From an uncultured Acidobacteriota bacterium (lineage in GTDB: Bacteria; Acidobacteriota; Thermoanaerobaculia; Gp7-AA8), in NCBI GenBank assembly GCA_963741955.1, contig CAVUKB010000006.1, forward strand, positions 320,001 through 384,000: 64,000 bases of DNA, in the 5' to 3' direction. Shown in pieces: positions 1 to 10,902 of this stretch (positions are counted from its first letter, which is position 1; each line of letters opens with the position of its first letter). The position numbers and the translations under genes are program-made. The notes under the pieces are model-generated. The model worked only from the letters and a program-made list of their open reading frames with translations. It was not told where the DNA came from and ran no database searches.

Positions 1-2932
1 GCGCGTGGACCGCCAGCTCGACGGCAGTCTTTCCGCTCGCTTTCGGGGTCTCCGGGGTGAGAATCTTCACGGAAAAATCGTCCGCCCTCCCGTTCACCGG
101 GATCGCATCGACACCGACCAGCTTCCCTTCCCCGTCGTACGCTTCGGCCTTCACCCATCGGACGCGCGGAATCTTACCGAGATCGATTCGAGCGCTGAAC
201 GGAGGCTCCTTCACGTTCGCGGCCTCGACGTCGTCGAGGAGGAATCGGACACGCCGGATCTCGGGGTTGAAAATGAGGGTGGTGAACTTCTGTCGACCGA
301 TCAACGCCGAGCGGGGCGGCGGAACGACGCGGATGTCCTCGTTGGTCGAATTCGGAGCGGCGCTCTCCCGTTTCCATTCGCCGAGGGCTCGCAGCGCATC
401 GATCGCGATCTTCGCGTACTCGCTGCCTTCCGGAGCAGCGTCGACGGCCTTTTTCAGAGCTTCGACCACGGGCCGGTCATTCTGAGCGGTCCGCGACTCC
501 ATGGTGGCCCGGGCGAGCCACGCCGCGGCTGCGGCGCTCCCGTCGACGGGATTCTTCGCGATCGCTTCGACGGCAGCCAGTGCTTCGTCGTGCTTTCCTT
601 CGAGAAACTCCACCCACGCCAGCTGCGCTTCGATCGACTGGGCCAGCGATGCCTTTCCGTTCTTCAGGGCAGCGGCTCTTGCGAGGTCCAACTCGCTCTT
701 CGCATCTCCGTACTGCTGCGCGTCGAGATAACCGACACCAATCGCGAGGTGACCGGTCGATTCATCTCCACCCCGGAGCCTGATCGCGCCGTCAATGAAT
801 TTCGGCGCTCCGGTCGACGCCGCCTCGAGCCAGCCGGCCACGATCTCGGGTGAATCGACGGAGAACGCCATCCGTCGCGTTCCCCAGGGATCGAAGATGA
901 TGAACGTCGCCGGAACACCGTCGTGATTGGTAAGGTAGAGTTTCGCCGGACCGTTCGGCGACCCTTTCATCTCGAAATAGGGGCGAGTCGACTCGAACGG
1001 CACGAAGCGGCCGAGGCGCCGCGAAACGATCGGGTCGGCCAGGAGAGCCTTCTCCTTCTCAGCGACCATCGCGCAGGCGTGGTATTGATCCGAGGAGCAA
1101 CCGAATCGCGCGAAAACGAGTTTGTTCTCCCGTTTCGCGCGTTCGAGCGCGGCTCTCCAGCTCGCTGAGTCGACGACGGAGGCGGCCGTCGCCTCCGTGC
1201 TCGCCGAGAGTGCCGGCTCCGTCGAGCCGGAGAGCGGAATCAGCGCTTCGCCCCATGCCCCGGTGGAAAGCTCCTCGACCACGATCGCGATCTTCGTGGC
1301 GTCCGATGAGACGCGAATCTCCGGATCCCACTCGATTCCTTCGTTCGTTGCGAGGTCGACGTGGTCGCGCGTCTCGACGTGGGTGACCGGTCCTGCTTTT
1401 CCGTCGACTGCGATGGTGAAACGGAGAGAGGTCGATTTCAGTTGGGGCCGGAGCGCATCGAGCGCACCGAAACCGGTGCGGACGTCGAGCTTCACCGTTC
1501 CGCTCTTCGATGCCGGCAGCGCCCTCGCGGCAACCGCGAGATCCCCCGGATCGATTCTTCCTTCGAGCGCGGTCCGCGCCCGCGCCTCCGCGAGCACCTC
1601 CAGCGGCTGGAATCCAACCCACTGCTGCGCGTTGATTACGAGCCCGGGCCGTTTCGATTTCACGGTGACGCGATGGAGTTTCGTGTCTCCGAAGCGGGAG
1701 ACCTGATAGGTGAGCCGGTACCGCTGCGTCAGCCGTTCGACGAGAGATCCGATCTTTCCGACGTCGGTGATGACCTGACCCCCGGTGGCATCGGCATAGG
1801 AGTCGAGGACGTCGAGCGGGTGGGTGAAAAGGAACTTGGCTTCACCGGTACCTCCGCCTCCCGGCTTCAGAAACGACTGCATCCGGTCGTCGCCGCGGAT
1901 CGACGCGTCGCTCCCCGCGATCGGCACCATGTACCCGCTTGCAACGGATAGCGCGATCCACCCATACGAGGAGATCTCCTTTGCCAGCTCTTCATTCGCG
2001 GGCTCCGAGCTTCGCTGCTGCAGCTGCGGCTGGAGCTCGCGCTCGACCGCCGGTACGTTGACGAATCCCTGATAGAAATCGACCGGATCGAGGTCGTACC
2101 CGTCACTGATCAGGACCAACGCTTTCGTTCCCTCCGCACCGTGTGCTCCGGTCAGGTATCGGATCAGCTGGTCGTGGCGTTCGCGAATGATCCTCTCTTC
2201 TTCCGCTACCGAGGTGAGGATCAGACGCGCTTTCCGCTGCGCGAGCGCCACGACGGTCATCTGAGAGCCCATTCCCTGCATCGCGAACGAGCTCTCGGCG
2301 ATGCCGTTCATTTCTTCCACGAACCTTCGGCGCACATTGAGCAGCCGTCGCCTGCCGATTCCTTCTCTCGCGAGATTCGCCAGCGCCTCCACCAGCTCCG
2401 CTCGATCGCGCGTCGCCGGCACGAGAACCTTCGGACTCGGGTCGGCTGCGACGATCTCCACTGTCCCGAGCCTGGTGAGGGTGTCGACCTGTCCCGCAAG
2501 CCGCGCCGCGGCGTCGCGTAGAGACTGCGGCGAGAGGAGATCGTCCTCGAAATAGACGACGATGCTGACATTCTTGCCTCCCTCGGCTTCGGAGGTCTTT
2601 TCGCTCGTCAGAGAAGCCGTCCCTGCCGACTCCCCGATCGATTCGGCGATCCGTTCCAGTCCGATGATCTTCACCGGCTTGCCGTCTTCCAGGACTTCGA
2701 AATCGGACGGGGTCAGGTCTGTAGGGATGTTCCCTTTCGCGTCGCGGACATCCATGGTGATCTCGATCGCGGAAACCTGCAGACTGGTCCGGAAGCGCGG
2801 CTGGTCGGGTGCCTGCGCGGCGAAGCCGATCGTCGCCGCGAGAGTCATCATCGCCGCACCGAGCCCAGCCCTCCGGCGGGTGGCGGCTCCCCTCTCCCCG
2901 TCCGGACTTCCCGGTTCGGCGAATGACCGCAC
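1..2932 (-). CDS. Large secreted VWA-type (Acidobacteria-like) multidomain protein, 3' end runs off the window
   Basis: Absent from the ORF track because it has no stop in the window. Manual translation of both ends and internal segments is in one frame: GTG 2932 or ATG 2851, signal-like MMTLAATIGFAAQ, then RFRTSLQVSAIEITMDVRD...DFEVLEDGKPV, a paralog of the 2997-4679 gene. It continues into a thioredoxin-like WRAALERAKRENKLVFARFGC segment, a helical TPR-like region and an Ig-like segment. Not every codon was checked. Confidence 0.8.
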   Translation of the reverse strand, partial: MRSFAEPGSPDGERGAATRRRAGLGAAMMTLAATIGFAAQAPDQPRFRTSLQVSAIEITMDVRDAKGNIPTDLTPSDFEVLEDGKPVKIIGLERIAESIGESAGTASLTSEKTSEAEGGKNVSIVVYFEDDLLSPQSLRDAAARLAGQVDTLTRLGTVEIVAADPSPKVLVPATRDRAELVEALANLAREGIGRRRLLNVRRRFVEEMNGIAESSFAMQGMGSQMTVVALAQRKARLILTSVAEEERIIRERHDQLIRYLTGAHGAEGTKALVLISDGYDLDPVDFYQGFVNVPAVERELQPQLQQRSSEPANEELAKEISSYGWIALSVASGYMVPIAGSDASIRGDDRMQSFLKPGGGGTGEAKFLFTHPLDVLDSYADATGGQVITDVGKIGSLVERLTQRYRLTYQVSRFGDTKLHRVTVKSKRPGLVINAQQWVGFQPLEVLAEARARTALEGRIDPGDLAVAARALPASKSGTVKLDVRTGFGALDALRPQLKSTSLRFTIAVDGKAGPVTHVETRDHVDLATNEGIEWDPEIRVSSDATKIAIVVEELSTGAWGEALIPLSGSTEPALSASTEATAASVVDSASWRAALERAKRENKLVFARFGCSSDQYHACAMVAEKEKALLADPIVSRRLGRFVPFESTRPYFEMKGSPNGPAKLYLTNHDGVPATFIIFDPWGTRRMAFSVDSPEIVAGWLEAASTGAPKFIDGAIRLRGGDESTGHLAIGVGYLDAQQYGDAKSELDLARAAALKNGKASLAQSIEAQLAWVEFLEGKHDEALAAVEAIAKNPVDGSAAAAAWLARATMESRTAQNDRPVVEALKKAVDAAPEGSEYAKIAIDALRALGEWKRESAAPNSTNEDIRVVPPPRSALIGRQKFTTLIFNPEIRRVRFLLDDVEAANVKEPPFSARIDLGKIPRVRWVKAEAYDGEGKLVGVDAIPVNGRADDFSVKILTPETPKASGKTAVELAVHA

Positions 2933-2996
2933 GGGCTCATGAGTCAGGATGGAACGAACGGAACTCCTGCCGGGGATGTCGGATTTCGAGTGCATA

Positions 2997-4679
2997 TCAG
3001 TTCTCCACATCCACTAACGCGGTTCCCCACGCTCCGGTCGAGAGCTCTTCGACCACGATCGCGATTTTCCGCGCGCCGGGACCGACTTTGATCTCCGGAT
3101 CCCAGGCGAGGCCGCGGTTCACCGCGAGGTCCACGCCCTCGCGGGTTTCGGTACGAACGACCGGCGCCCCGTTCCGATCATCGACCGCGATCGTGAAACG
3201 GAGCGTGGTGGATCTCAGCTGTGGCCGCAGCGCGTCGAGGGCATCGAACCCGGTCAGCACTTCCACCGTCGGCGCGTTCGGCTTGAATTTCGACACGATT
3301 CGAGCCCGGACGTCGAGGTCGCCTCTCTCCGCTCGTCCTTCGAGCGCCGCACGAGCGCGCGCCGCCGCGAGCTCCTCGAGCGGCTGGAATCCGACCCACT
3401 TCTGCGCGTCGACCCGCAGTCCCGCGCGTGTGGGTCGAACTTCGACTCGATGGAGCTTCGTGTCCCCGAAGCGCGAGACCTGATAAGTGAGCCGCCACCG
3501 CTGACCGAGGGACGAGACGACCGTGGGTACCTTTCGCGGATCCGTCACCACGTCCCCGCCGGTCGCGTCGGCGTACGAGCGGAGAGGCTCGAGCGGATGC
3601 AGGAAGAAAGCGGCGCCGGCTCCACCACCAACGTTCTGGTTCCCGAGAAACGCGACCATCTTCTCGTGGCCCGAATACGCCGCGCTGCCGGGGCTCTCCT
3701 GCGCGAGGTAGCCGAACGCAACGGGAACCGCAATCCACCCCGACGAGGAGAGGAACCGCGAGAGATCCTCGTTCGGCTTCGCCGAGCTCCGCTCCTCGAG
3801 CGTGCTCCGGACCGTCCGGATCGAGTCGATCCCGAGCACCTGACTGTAGTACTCGAACGGATCGAGGTCGTATCCGTCGTTCACCAGGAGAAGAACGCGA
3901 GGGGACTCCGCGCTCGCATAGCCGGCGAGAAACCGCAGCATCCGATCGCGGCTCTGCTGAATCATCAGCTGCTCTTCCGCCGCGGCCATCTCGACGAGCC
4001 GCTCGAGGATCGCTCCGCCACCACTCCGTGCCCGCAGCGACGCGGGACCGCTGAACGCGTATGCTCCCGACCCGACGTCCTCCTGGTCGATGACGAAGTT
4101 GCTTCGCACCCTGATGAGCTCTCGCGGGCGCTTCGGACGTTTCGCGAGCCGCTCGATGCCGTTCCTGACCTCGCCGCCATTACGCGTCGCGGCGACGACC
4201 ACGACCGGTTCCGGCTCGGCCCAGACCACCTGAACCGTTCCGAGGCGCGTCAAAGCGTCTGCGACGCCGGCAAGCGTCTTCGTCGACAGCCAAAGTGAAT
4301 AGGGCGACAGCTGGTTGGCGTCGAAGTAAATGACGGTGTTCAGTGGAGCGGTGGAGACGCCGCTCTCGTTCAGGGAGGCCGGTGAGCCTTCTTCAACGGC
4401 TGGTTCGACGAGCGGTTCGATTCCGAGGACGCGCACTCGATGGCCGTCTTCGAGGACTTTGAAATCAGAAGCGGTCAGGTCTCGAAGTGCGCGCCCATTC
4501 GTGTCGCGAACCTCCAGCGTAATCTCGATAGCCGTCACCTGAAGGCCGGTCCGGAAGCGGGAGCTCCCGGGATTCTCTGCTCCAAATACGAATCCGGTGA
4601 AGAACATGGAGGCGACGAGTGTGAGCGCGCTCACGAGTCGCGCCGCTCGGATACCGCGTCTGCGATGCCGCTCGTCCAT
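2997..4679 (-). CDS. Secreted VWA-type domain protein (Acidobacteria-like)
   Basis: 603-aa ORF, likely start ATG 4679. Signal peptide, VRDTNGRALRDLTASDFKVLEDG N-terminal motif, VIYFDAN and LLLVNDG strands, ADATGG motif. Confidence 0.8.
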   Translation of the reverse strand: MDERHRRRGIRAARLVSALTLVASMFFTGFVFGAENPGSSRFRTGLQVTAIEITLEVRDTNGRALRDLTASDFKVLEDGHRVRVLGIEPLVEPAVEEGSPASLNESGVSTAPLNTVIYFDANQLSPYSLWLSTKTLAGVADALTRLGTVQVVWAEPEPVVVVAATRNGGEVRNGIERLAKRPKRPRELIRVRSNFVIDQEDVGSGAYAFSGPASLRARSGGGAILERLVEMAAAEEQLMIQQSRDRMLRFLAGYASAESPRVLLLVNDGYDLDPFEYYSQVLGIDSIRTVRSTLEERSSAKPNEDLSRFLSSSGWIAVPVAFGYLAQESPGSAAYSGHEKMVAFLGNQNVGGGAGAAFFLHPLEPLRSYADATGGDVVTDPRKVPTVVSSLGQRWRLTYQVSRFGDTKLHRVEVRPTRAGLRVDAQKWVGFQPLEELAAARARAALEGRAERGDLDVRARIVSKFKPNAPTVEVLTGFDALDALRPQLRSTTLRFTIAVDDRNGAPVVRTETREGVDLAVNRGLAWDPEIKVGPGARKIAIVVEELSTGAWGTALVDVEN

Positions 4680-4968
4680 ACGGAGGGAGTGAGGGAAGAG
4701 TGGCTGACCGGCACAAACGCCGACCGCCCCAGGCAATGTGGGTCGGGTGCGGTGGCGGAGTGGGTGATCCCGGGAACCTGAATGGACCGCAGTTGGAAAA
4801 CCGCTCATCGCGTCTCCTGACTGTGGTACCGGCGGGATTCATTGTAGGTCCGGCGACTGTGGCATGCAATGCGGAGGGGGCGTGATCCTCAATGAGAGCT
4901 CCGCCGGAAAAGAAAACGCCACGACGGAAGTCGTGGCGCTCGCACCAGCATTGATTGACGCTTCAGAC

Positions 4969-5664
<696 letters not shown>

Positions 5665-5716
5665 GACTGCCTCCATTTCCGCCCAGCATGCATGCGCGGG
5701 GCCATGAGCGTATCAC

Positions 5717-5808
5717 TCGGGGGTCGGGGGTCGGGGGTCGGGGGTCGGGGGTCGGGGGTCGGGGGTCGGGGGTCGGGGGTCGGGGGTCGGGGGTCGGGGG
5801 TCGGGGGG
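5717..5808. repeat. Heptamer tandem repeat (TCGGGGG)x13
   Basis: Perfect 7-bp period read directly from the sequence. Confidence 0.98.
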
Positions 5809-5816
5809 AAAGTGAA

Positions 5817-5879
5817 TCAGACTGGTCAGACTGGTCAGACGTGTCGGACGTGTCGGACCTGTCGGACCTGTCGGACTCG
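5817..5879. repeat. Nonamer tandem repeat TC(A/G)GACnnG x7
   Basis: tcagactgg x2, tcagacgtg, tcggacgtg, tcggacctg x2, tcggactcg. Confidence 0.95.
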
Positions 5880-5884
5880 TTCCA

Positions 5885-6052
5885 GATCCTCGATCCTCGA
5901 TCCTCGATCCCCGATCCCCGATCCTCGATCCTCGTTCCCCGATCCTCGATCCCAGATCCTCGATCCTCGATCCTCGATCCTCGATCCTCGATCCTCGATC
6001 CTCGATCCTAGATCCTAGATCCTCGATCCTAGATCCTAGATACTAGATACTA
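5885..6052. repeat. Heptamer tandem repeat (GATCCTC and variants) x24
   Basis: 7-bp period drifting GATCCTC/GATCCCC to GATCCTA to GATACTA; overlaps the decarboxylase stop codon. Confidence 0.97.
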
Positions 6053-7443
6053 GATGCCTTTATATCTTCGATGCACATCTGCATGCGATCGAGATGGGTG
6101 CGGAACGAGAGGACGCAGATCCGGATCACGAATTTCCCGCCGAGCATGGTTCCGGTCAGATGCACGCGGTTCCGTTCGTTGATGCGCTGCATCAGCGTGC
6201 GGTTGAGTGCGTCGAGATCCTCCGCTCCTTCCGGCACCCAGCGGAACGCGACGATCGACAGCTGCGGCTCGGCCACGATCTCGATACCGTCGATCGTCCG
6301 CAGCTCGTCCGTCACCCATCTCGTGAGTTCGAGCTTCTCTTCCAGGGCGGCGCGGAACGGTCCGATCCCGAGCATCTTCATCGGCAGCCAGACGCGGAGG
6401 CCGCGAAAACCGCGGGAGAGCTCCGGCGAGATCTCGCAGAAGTCGACGAAATCGCGTTCCTCCTGCATCGGCGGCATGTAGTCCGCCCGGGAAGTGTGAG
6501 CGCGCCGCAACGTCTCGAGATCGCGCACCAGCAGCGATCCCGTTCCGTAGGGAAGGAAGAGCCCCTTGTGCGGATCGAGAGTCACCGAGTCCGCCTTTTC
6601 GATCCCGCGCATCACGCGACGTCCTCGCTCGGTCAGCATGAAGAACCCGCCGTAAGCGGCGTCGACGTGCATCCAGAGGTTCTTTTCCTTCGCCAGCGAT
6701 GCGATCGCATCGAGGTCGTCGACCGCGCCGCTGTTGGTGGTCCCGGCGCTTCCCACCACGAGGAACGGCGTCCTTCCGTCGCGAGCATCCGCGTCGATCG
6801 CATCTGCGATCTCGTCGAGCCGGATTCGGTAGCGCTCGTCCGACGAGATCTTCCGGATGTTGCGCTGCGGAAAGCCGGCGAGAATGGCCGCCTTCTCCAC
6901 GGAGTGGTGCACCTGATCGGACGCGTAGATCGTGCCGCCCAGAAAGTCTTCCGGAAGACGATCTCGGCGTGCGGCGACGACGGCCATGAAATTCGCGAGG
7001 GACCCGCCGGTGGTGAGCACGCCGCCGGAGGTCTCCGGAAGGCCGACGATTCCGCAGAACCAGCGGGTGACGTTCGCTTCGAGCTGCACCAGCGCGGGCG
7101 CCGCGGCCCACACCCCGACGTAGCGGTTGAACGAGTCCGAGATCAGGTCGGCGACCGCGGTGTGAAAGAGTCCCCCTCCGGGAATGTACGCGAGGTATCC
7201 CGGACCGGCGGCGTTGAACGACTTCGGAACGGCGCGCTCGAAGAGGAGGTCGAGGAGCTTGCCGTATTCTTCCGGCTCTTCCGGAATCGGTTCAACCAGC
7301 GCGCGAGCGACCGCGGCGGTATCGTCCGTATCTGCTGCCCGCTGCCGCGGCAGCGACTCGACGTGCGGTACGATGCGTTTCATCGCCTCGTCGACGAGGC
7401 GCTTCATCTGTTCGGGATCGGGCTCGAGAGGATATCGACTCAT
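6043..7443 (-). CDS. Group II PLP-dependent amino-acid decarboxylase (aromatic-L-amino-acid decarboxylase-like)
   Basis: GGSLAN, HHSVEKAA, GTTNSGAVDD, HVDAAYGG and DPHK (PLP lysine) motifs. Confidence 0.93.
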   Translation of the reverse strand: MSRYPLEPDPEQMKRLVDEAMKRIVPHVESLPRQRAADTDDTAAVARALVEPIPEEPEEYGKLLDLLFERAVPKSFNAAGPGYLAYIPGGGLFHTAVADLISDSFNRYVGVWAAAPALVQLEANVTRWFCGIVGLPETSGGVLTTGGSLANFMAVVAARRDRLPEDFLGGTIYASDQVHHSVEKAAILAGFPQRNIRKISSDERYRIRLDEIADAIDADARDGRTPFLVVGSAGTTNSGAVDDLDAIASLAKEKNLWMHVDAAYGGFFMLTERGRRVMRGIEKADSVTLDPHKGLFLPYGTGSLLVRDLETLRRAHTSRADYMPPMQEERDFVDFCEISPELSRGFRGLRVWLPMKMLGIGPFRAALEEKLELTRWVTDELRTIDGIEIVAEPQLSIVAFRWVPEGAEDLDALNRTLMQRINERNRVHLTGTMLGGKFVIRICVLSFRTHLDRMQMCIEDIKASSI

Positions 7444-7545
7444 GGGTCTCCAGAGGGCGACAGAGAGTGTGATGCGCGGACCCAGCTTCGCGTGTCAGCA
7501 TATAGGACTCTCCGCGCCCGCGGCGAGTCCGGCCAGGAGAGAGGC

Positions 7546-8355
7546 GTGAAGCCGATTCCGTGGCGAGAGCTCCCCGGTCCGGTTCGTGTCGCGAGTGGAG
7601 GTCTGACCCTCTCGCTCCGTCAGTTCGGTCGCGGGCCACGTACGGTGATGATCCACGGCGGGCCCGGGCTCGACCACCATTTCATGCTGCCGCTGGCGAT
7701 GGAGCTGCGCGACGACTTCGAGCTTCTCCTCCCCGATCTCCCCGGCCACGGCGGATCGCAGACGACGCCCTATCGGGCTCCCGGACTGCATCAGCTCGTG
7801 ACGCAGCTCGACTCGTGGCTCGAGCACGTCCCCGGCGGATTCGACTTCGTGGTTGCTCACTCGTTCGGTGCATGGCTGGTCCGCCATCTTCTGCGGCAGA
7901 GGAAGATCGATCCCAGGGCGGTCGTACTGATCACCCCTCCGGCAGCGAGCGCACCTCAGGGGACAGCGGTCCGATTCATCGCCTCGCTCGATCACGCCGG
8001 CACACGAGACGACGTTCGATCGCATCTGGAGAACGAATGCGGGGCTCCACTCGGCGCGGAGGAGGAGCTGCTTCTCGACCACGCGCTCCTTCGCTCGCCT
8101 GGCGCTTACCGCGCGCTTCTGCGCAATCTTCACCGGCACCTGGCCGGCCCGGTCCGTCACTTCGATCCCCGACGGCCCGTTCTGGTGATCGCGGGCTCCG
8201 AGGACCGGACCACCCCGGCGCCTCAGGCGACCATCGTCGCGAACTCGATGAAAGGCGCGCGTCTTGAAGTGGTCGAAGGAGCCGGTCACTATGTGCTCAT
8301 CGACCGTGCGGCCGAGTGCGCAGAGCTGATCCGGCGCTTTCTCGCCGAAGTGTGA
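7546..8355 (+). CDS. Alpha/beta fold hydrolase
   Basis: C-terminal part of ORF 6094..8355; GTG 7546 after GAGG; HGGPG, DLPGHG, AHSFG nucleophile elbow, GSED and AGH catalytic residues. Confidence 0.9.
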   Translation: MKPIPWRELPGPVRVASGGLTLSLRQFGRGPRTVMIHGGPGLDHHFMLPLAMELRDDFELLLPDLPGHGGSQTTPYRAPGLHQLVTQLDSWLEHVPGGFDFVVAHSFGAWLVRHLLRQRKIDPRAVVLITPPAASAPQGTAVRFIASLDHAGTRDDVRSHLENECGAPLGAEEELLLDHALLRSPGAYRALLRNLHRHLAGPVRHFDPRRPVLVIAGSEDRTTPAPQATIVANSMKGARLEVVEGAGHYVLIDRAAECAELIRRFLAEV

Positions 8356-8362
8356 ATTCGAT

Positions 8363-8944
8363 ATGAGCTGGCCCGTCCTTTCGCCTTTCGTCCTGACCCC
8401 TGCCCTGATCTTTCTCGCGCGCATCTGCGACGTCTCTGTCGGGACGGTCCGTATCATCGCGCTCTCCCGCGGCCAGAGACTCCTCGCTCCGTTCCTCGGC
8501 TTCTTCGAGGTCCTGATCTGGCTGATCGCGATCCAGCAGATCTTTCAACATCTCGACAATGCCGCCGCATACATCGCATACGCCGCCGGATACGCGACCG
8601 GAAATGTCGTCGGGATGTGGCTCGAAGACCGGCTCGCACTCGGCCTCATCGCGGTGCGCGTGATCACGAACGAGGACTCCACCGATCTGATCGAGCGCCT
8701 CGGCGCCGCCAAGTTCGGGGTCACCAGCATGGCTGCGCGCGGGGTGAGCGGAAACGTGAGACTCGTCTTCATGGTCATCCCGCGGAAGATCGCCAGGCGT
8801 GCACTGGAGATCGTCCGCGAGACTCATCCGAAGGCCTTCATCTCCATCTCCGACGTCCGCTCTGCGAGCGAAGGTCACTTCCCGGCAATGGAGGGACGAT
8901 TCCCCGACATGCGCTTCCCGGGGTTTTCGAGAAAATCGAAGTAG
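8363..8944 (+). CDS. UPF0316/DUF2179-family membrane protein
   Basis: IFLARICDVSVGTVRI, GFFEVLIW, YAAGYATG and PKAFI motifs. Confidence 0.88.
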   Translation: MSWPVLSPFVLTPALIFLARICDVSVGTVRIIALSRGQRLLAPFLGFFEVLIWLIAIQQIFQHLDNAAAYIAYAAGYATGNVVGMWLEDRLALGLIAVRVITNEDSTDLIERLGAAKFGVTSMAARGVSGNVRLVFMVIPRKIARRALEIVRETHPKAFISISDVRSASEGHFPAMEGRFPDMRFPGFSRKSK

Positions 8945-9004
8945 GGACACGAGAGTGCGGGACCGCCACCGTGCGAAATCAGACCACCTGACGACATGCG
9001 AAGG

Positions 9005-9090
9005 CCCGAGGGGCGCGGATCCTCTGATCCGCCTCGAGAATCGTGTTCGGAGCGCATCGGGACCACGACTCAGGTCAGAAGCGAAGCCCC
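9005..9090. repeat. Solo degenerate copy of the palindromic repeat family at 39972-40606
   Basis: cccgaggggcgcggatcctctgatccgcc...gggacc...cagaagcgaagcc aligns to cccgaggggtgcagatcctctgatctgcc...gggacc...cagaggcgaagcc. Confidence 0.8.
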
Positions 9091-9177
9091 CCTGACCGCA
9101 GACGCTGAACGAAGTGACGACCTTCGGACTGTCCGATGCCGACGACGGTACCTTCCAGTCCGGAATTCGAACCGGTT

Positions 9178-9969
9178 TCAGTTTCTCTTCTGATTGTTTT
9201 CGAAGAAATCGAAGTCGATCGACAGGGCGGCCGCAAAAACCACCGCGCGCTTCTCGACGCCCCAGCCGTCGTTTCTGAACTCGAGCCGGAACTTGTCCGC
9301 GTCCGTGAAGTACTCCTGCCCGAGTCCACTCCACTTCTTCCGGATCTCCGCGCGCGTGACGCCTGCGGCATCGAGAACGGGGAAGGTCCAGATCTTGAGG
9401 GCCGGACTGACGATGCGCGCGAAGAGAGCGCCATGGCCATCGTACAGATCGTACGTCCGGCGCACCCACGCGAAGCGTCGCTCGACTTTCCCGAGCCTTC
9501 TCCCGTCAGGAGTGGAGACGGTGAGCTCGGAGAAGAACCAGTGGAAAGGTCGGGTCAGTCGCAGCACCAGCTGCGACTCGTCGGCGGAGAGAACGGCAAG
9601 ATCGAGCGGCCGGTGCGAACCGAGGAACGAGCGGGTCATGGCGGCTCCGAAGCCGCGGCCTTGTTCGACGACCATTCCGCGGGTCATCCTCATGCTGTCG
9701 CGGATCGTGTATTCGTTCGCCTGTTCCCAGTTGGTGAGGATCTCCAGCCATTCCCGTCTCTCCTGTTCGATCCGCAGAACGTCGTTTTCGAGCAGAAGGC
9801 GATCGAGAGGATCGGTGTAGACCGGTCTGCCGTGAAACATCATCGGCGCTTCCGGCTCCGCCTGCGTGACGGCACGCTCCTCCGGTGGCCGGTACTTCGC
9901 GAAAACGATTCCGCAGAGCTCACACTCGAGACCGGCCGGCTGCTCGTGGCTGCATTGTGGACAGATCAT
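9178..9969 (-). CDS. Phospholipid scramblase-like (LURP-one/scramblase fold) protein with N-terminal zinc ribbon
   Basis: CPQC...CELC zinc ribbon; IRKKWSGLGQEYFTDADKF and AAALSIDFDFFE motifs. Confidence 0.88.
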   Translation of the reverse strand: MICPQCSHEQPAGLECELCGIVFAKYRPPEERAVTQAEPEAPMMFHGRPVYTDPLDRLLLENDVLRIEQERREWLEILTNWEQANEYTIRDSMRMTRGMVVEQGRGFGAAMTRSFLGSHRPLDLAVLSADESQLVLRLTRPFHWFFSELTVSTPDGRRLGKVERRFAWVRRTYDLYDGHGALFARIVSPALKIWTFPVLDAAGVTRAEIRKKWSGLGQEYFTDADKFRLEFRNDGWGVEKRAVVFAAALSIDFDFFENNQKRN

Positions 9970-10086
9970 GGAACGATCTTACCGGACTCGGCGCTGCAGC
10001 GGGTTGCGGGCGAGTCCGCACTCCTCGGCTCGAGTCGCACTCCTCGGAGAAGCCGCGGGACCTGCAGGCGTCCCACAACCACCGAC

Positions 10087-10902
10087 CTAAGACGCCGCGA
10101 CGGTGAAGTAGATCCACGGCACCTCGACGCGCTCGTCGGGATCGATGCTCTCACCCGCCCGCTCCAGGATCTCCTCCCGGAGCGAACCGTCGAGCCCCGG
10201 CGTAATGGGCTCGATCATTGCCGGAATCTCCATCAGCTCCATCAGCTCATGTTGAGTCCCGTGGTAGACGAGGCGCTCCATCGCATCGAGACGGAGCGAG
10301 GCCTCAGTGAGCATCGTCTCGAGACGTGGAACGGACACAGTCGCCGCGTTGCGCGGAAACGGCCGTCCCGACACCCGCTCGACCGCGCGTGCGAGCGCCA
10401 CCTGGAATGAATGGATCGGAGCGTCTTCACCCTCGACCCGTTCAGCCGGGATGTTGAAGACGAAGCTGCCGTGGCCCGAAAGAAGTCGCGAAACGGCTTC
10501 GAAGATGGGCCGCAATGCCGGAAACTGCCAGATCGCCGCATTGCAGAGAACCCGGTCGAAGGGGCCGCTCACGACCGACTCGACATCCGCGGCGCCCGCG
10601 ACTGCGAATCGAACGCGCGGATCCTGCACGTGCATTCGCGCGACCGAGACCATCGCGTCCGAGCCGTCCACCCCGACCAGCTCCGCAGATCGCGGCAGCC
10701 GCGAGAGCGCCGCGATCGAAGTTGCACCGGTTCCGCACGCGAGGTCGAGGACGCGCCGCGCGTGCTCCAGACGCGCGAGCTCGACCAGCCGGCGGTTCAG
10801 CTCGCGGTAGATCGGGAACTCCAGCACGAAGCTGTGGTAAACCTCCGCGTTCAACCACCCTTTCCAAGGCGACGTCGGTCTCACGGGGGGAGAGTCTCGC
10901 AT
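10087..10902 (-). CDS. Class I SAM-dependent methyltransferase
   Basis: VLDLACGTG motif I, GVDGSDAM, FDRVLCNAAIW; start placed at ATG 10902. Confidence 0.88.
   Translation of the reverse strand: MRDSPPVRPTSPWKGWLNAEVYHSFVLEFPIYRELNRRLVELARLEHARRVLDLACGTGATSIAALSRLPRSAELVGVDGSDAMVSVARMHVQDPRVRFAVAGAADVESVVSGPFDRVLCNAAIWQFPALRPIFEAVSRLLSGHGSFVFNIPAERVEGEDAPIHSFQVALARAVERVSGRPFPRNAATVSVPRLETMLTEASLRLDAMERLVYHGTQHELMELMEIPAMIEPITPGLDGSLREEILERAGESIDPDERVEVPWIYFTVAAS

Noticed and set aside
6094-7545. N-terminal 480 aa of the 753-aa ORF, and other long antisense ORFs (5..853, 15740..17302, 59702..61927)
   Set aside because: These are high-GC shadow frames opposite well-supported genes.
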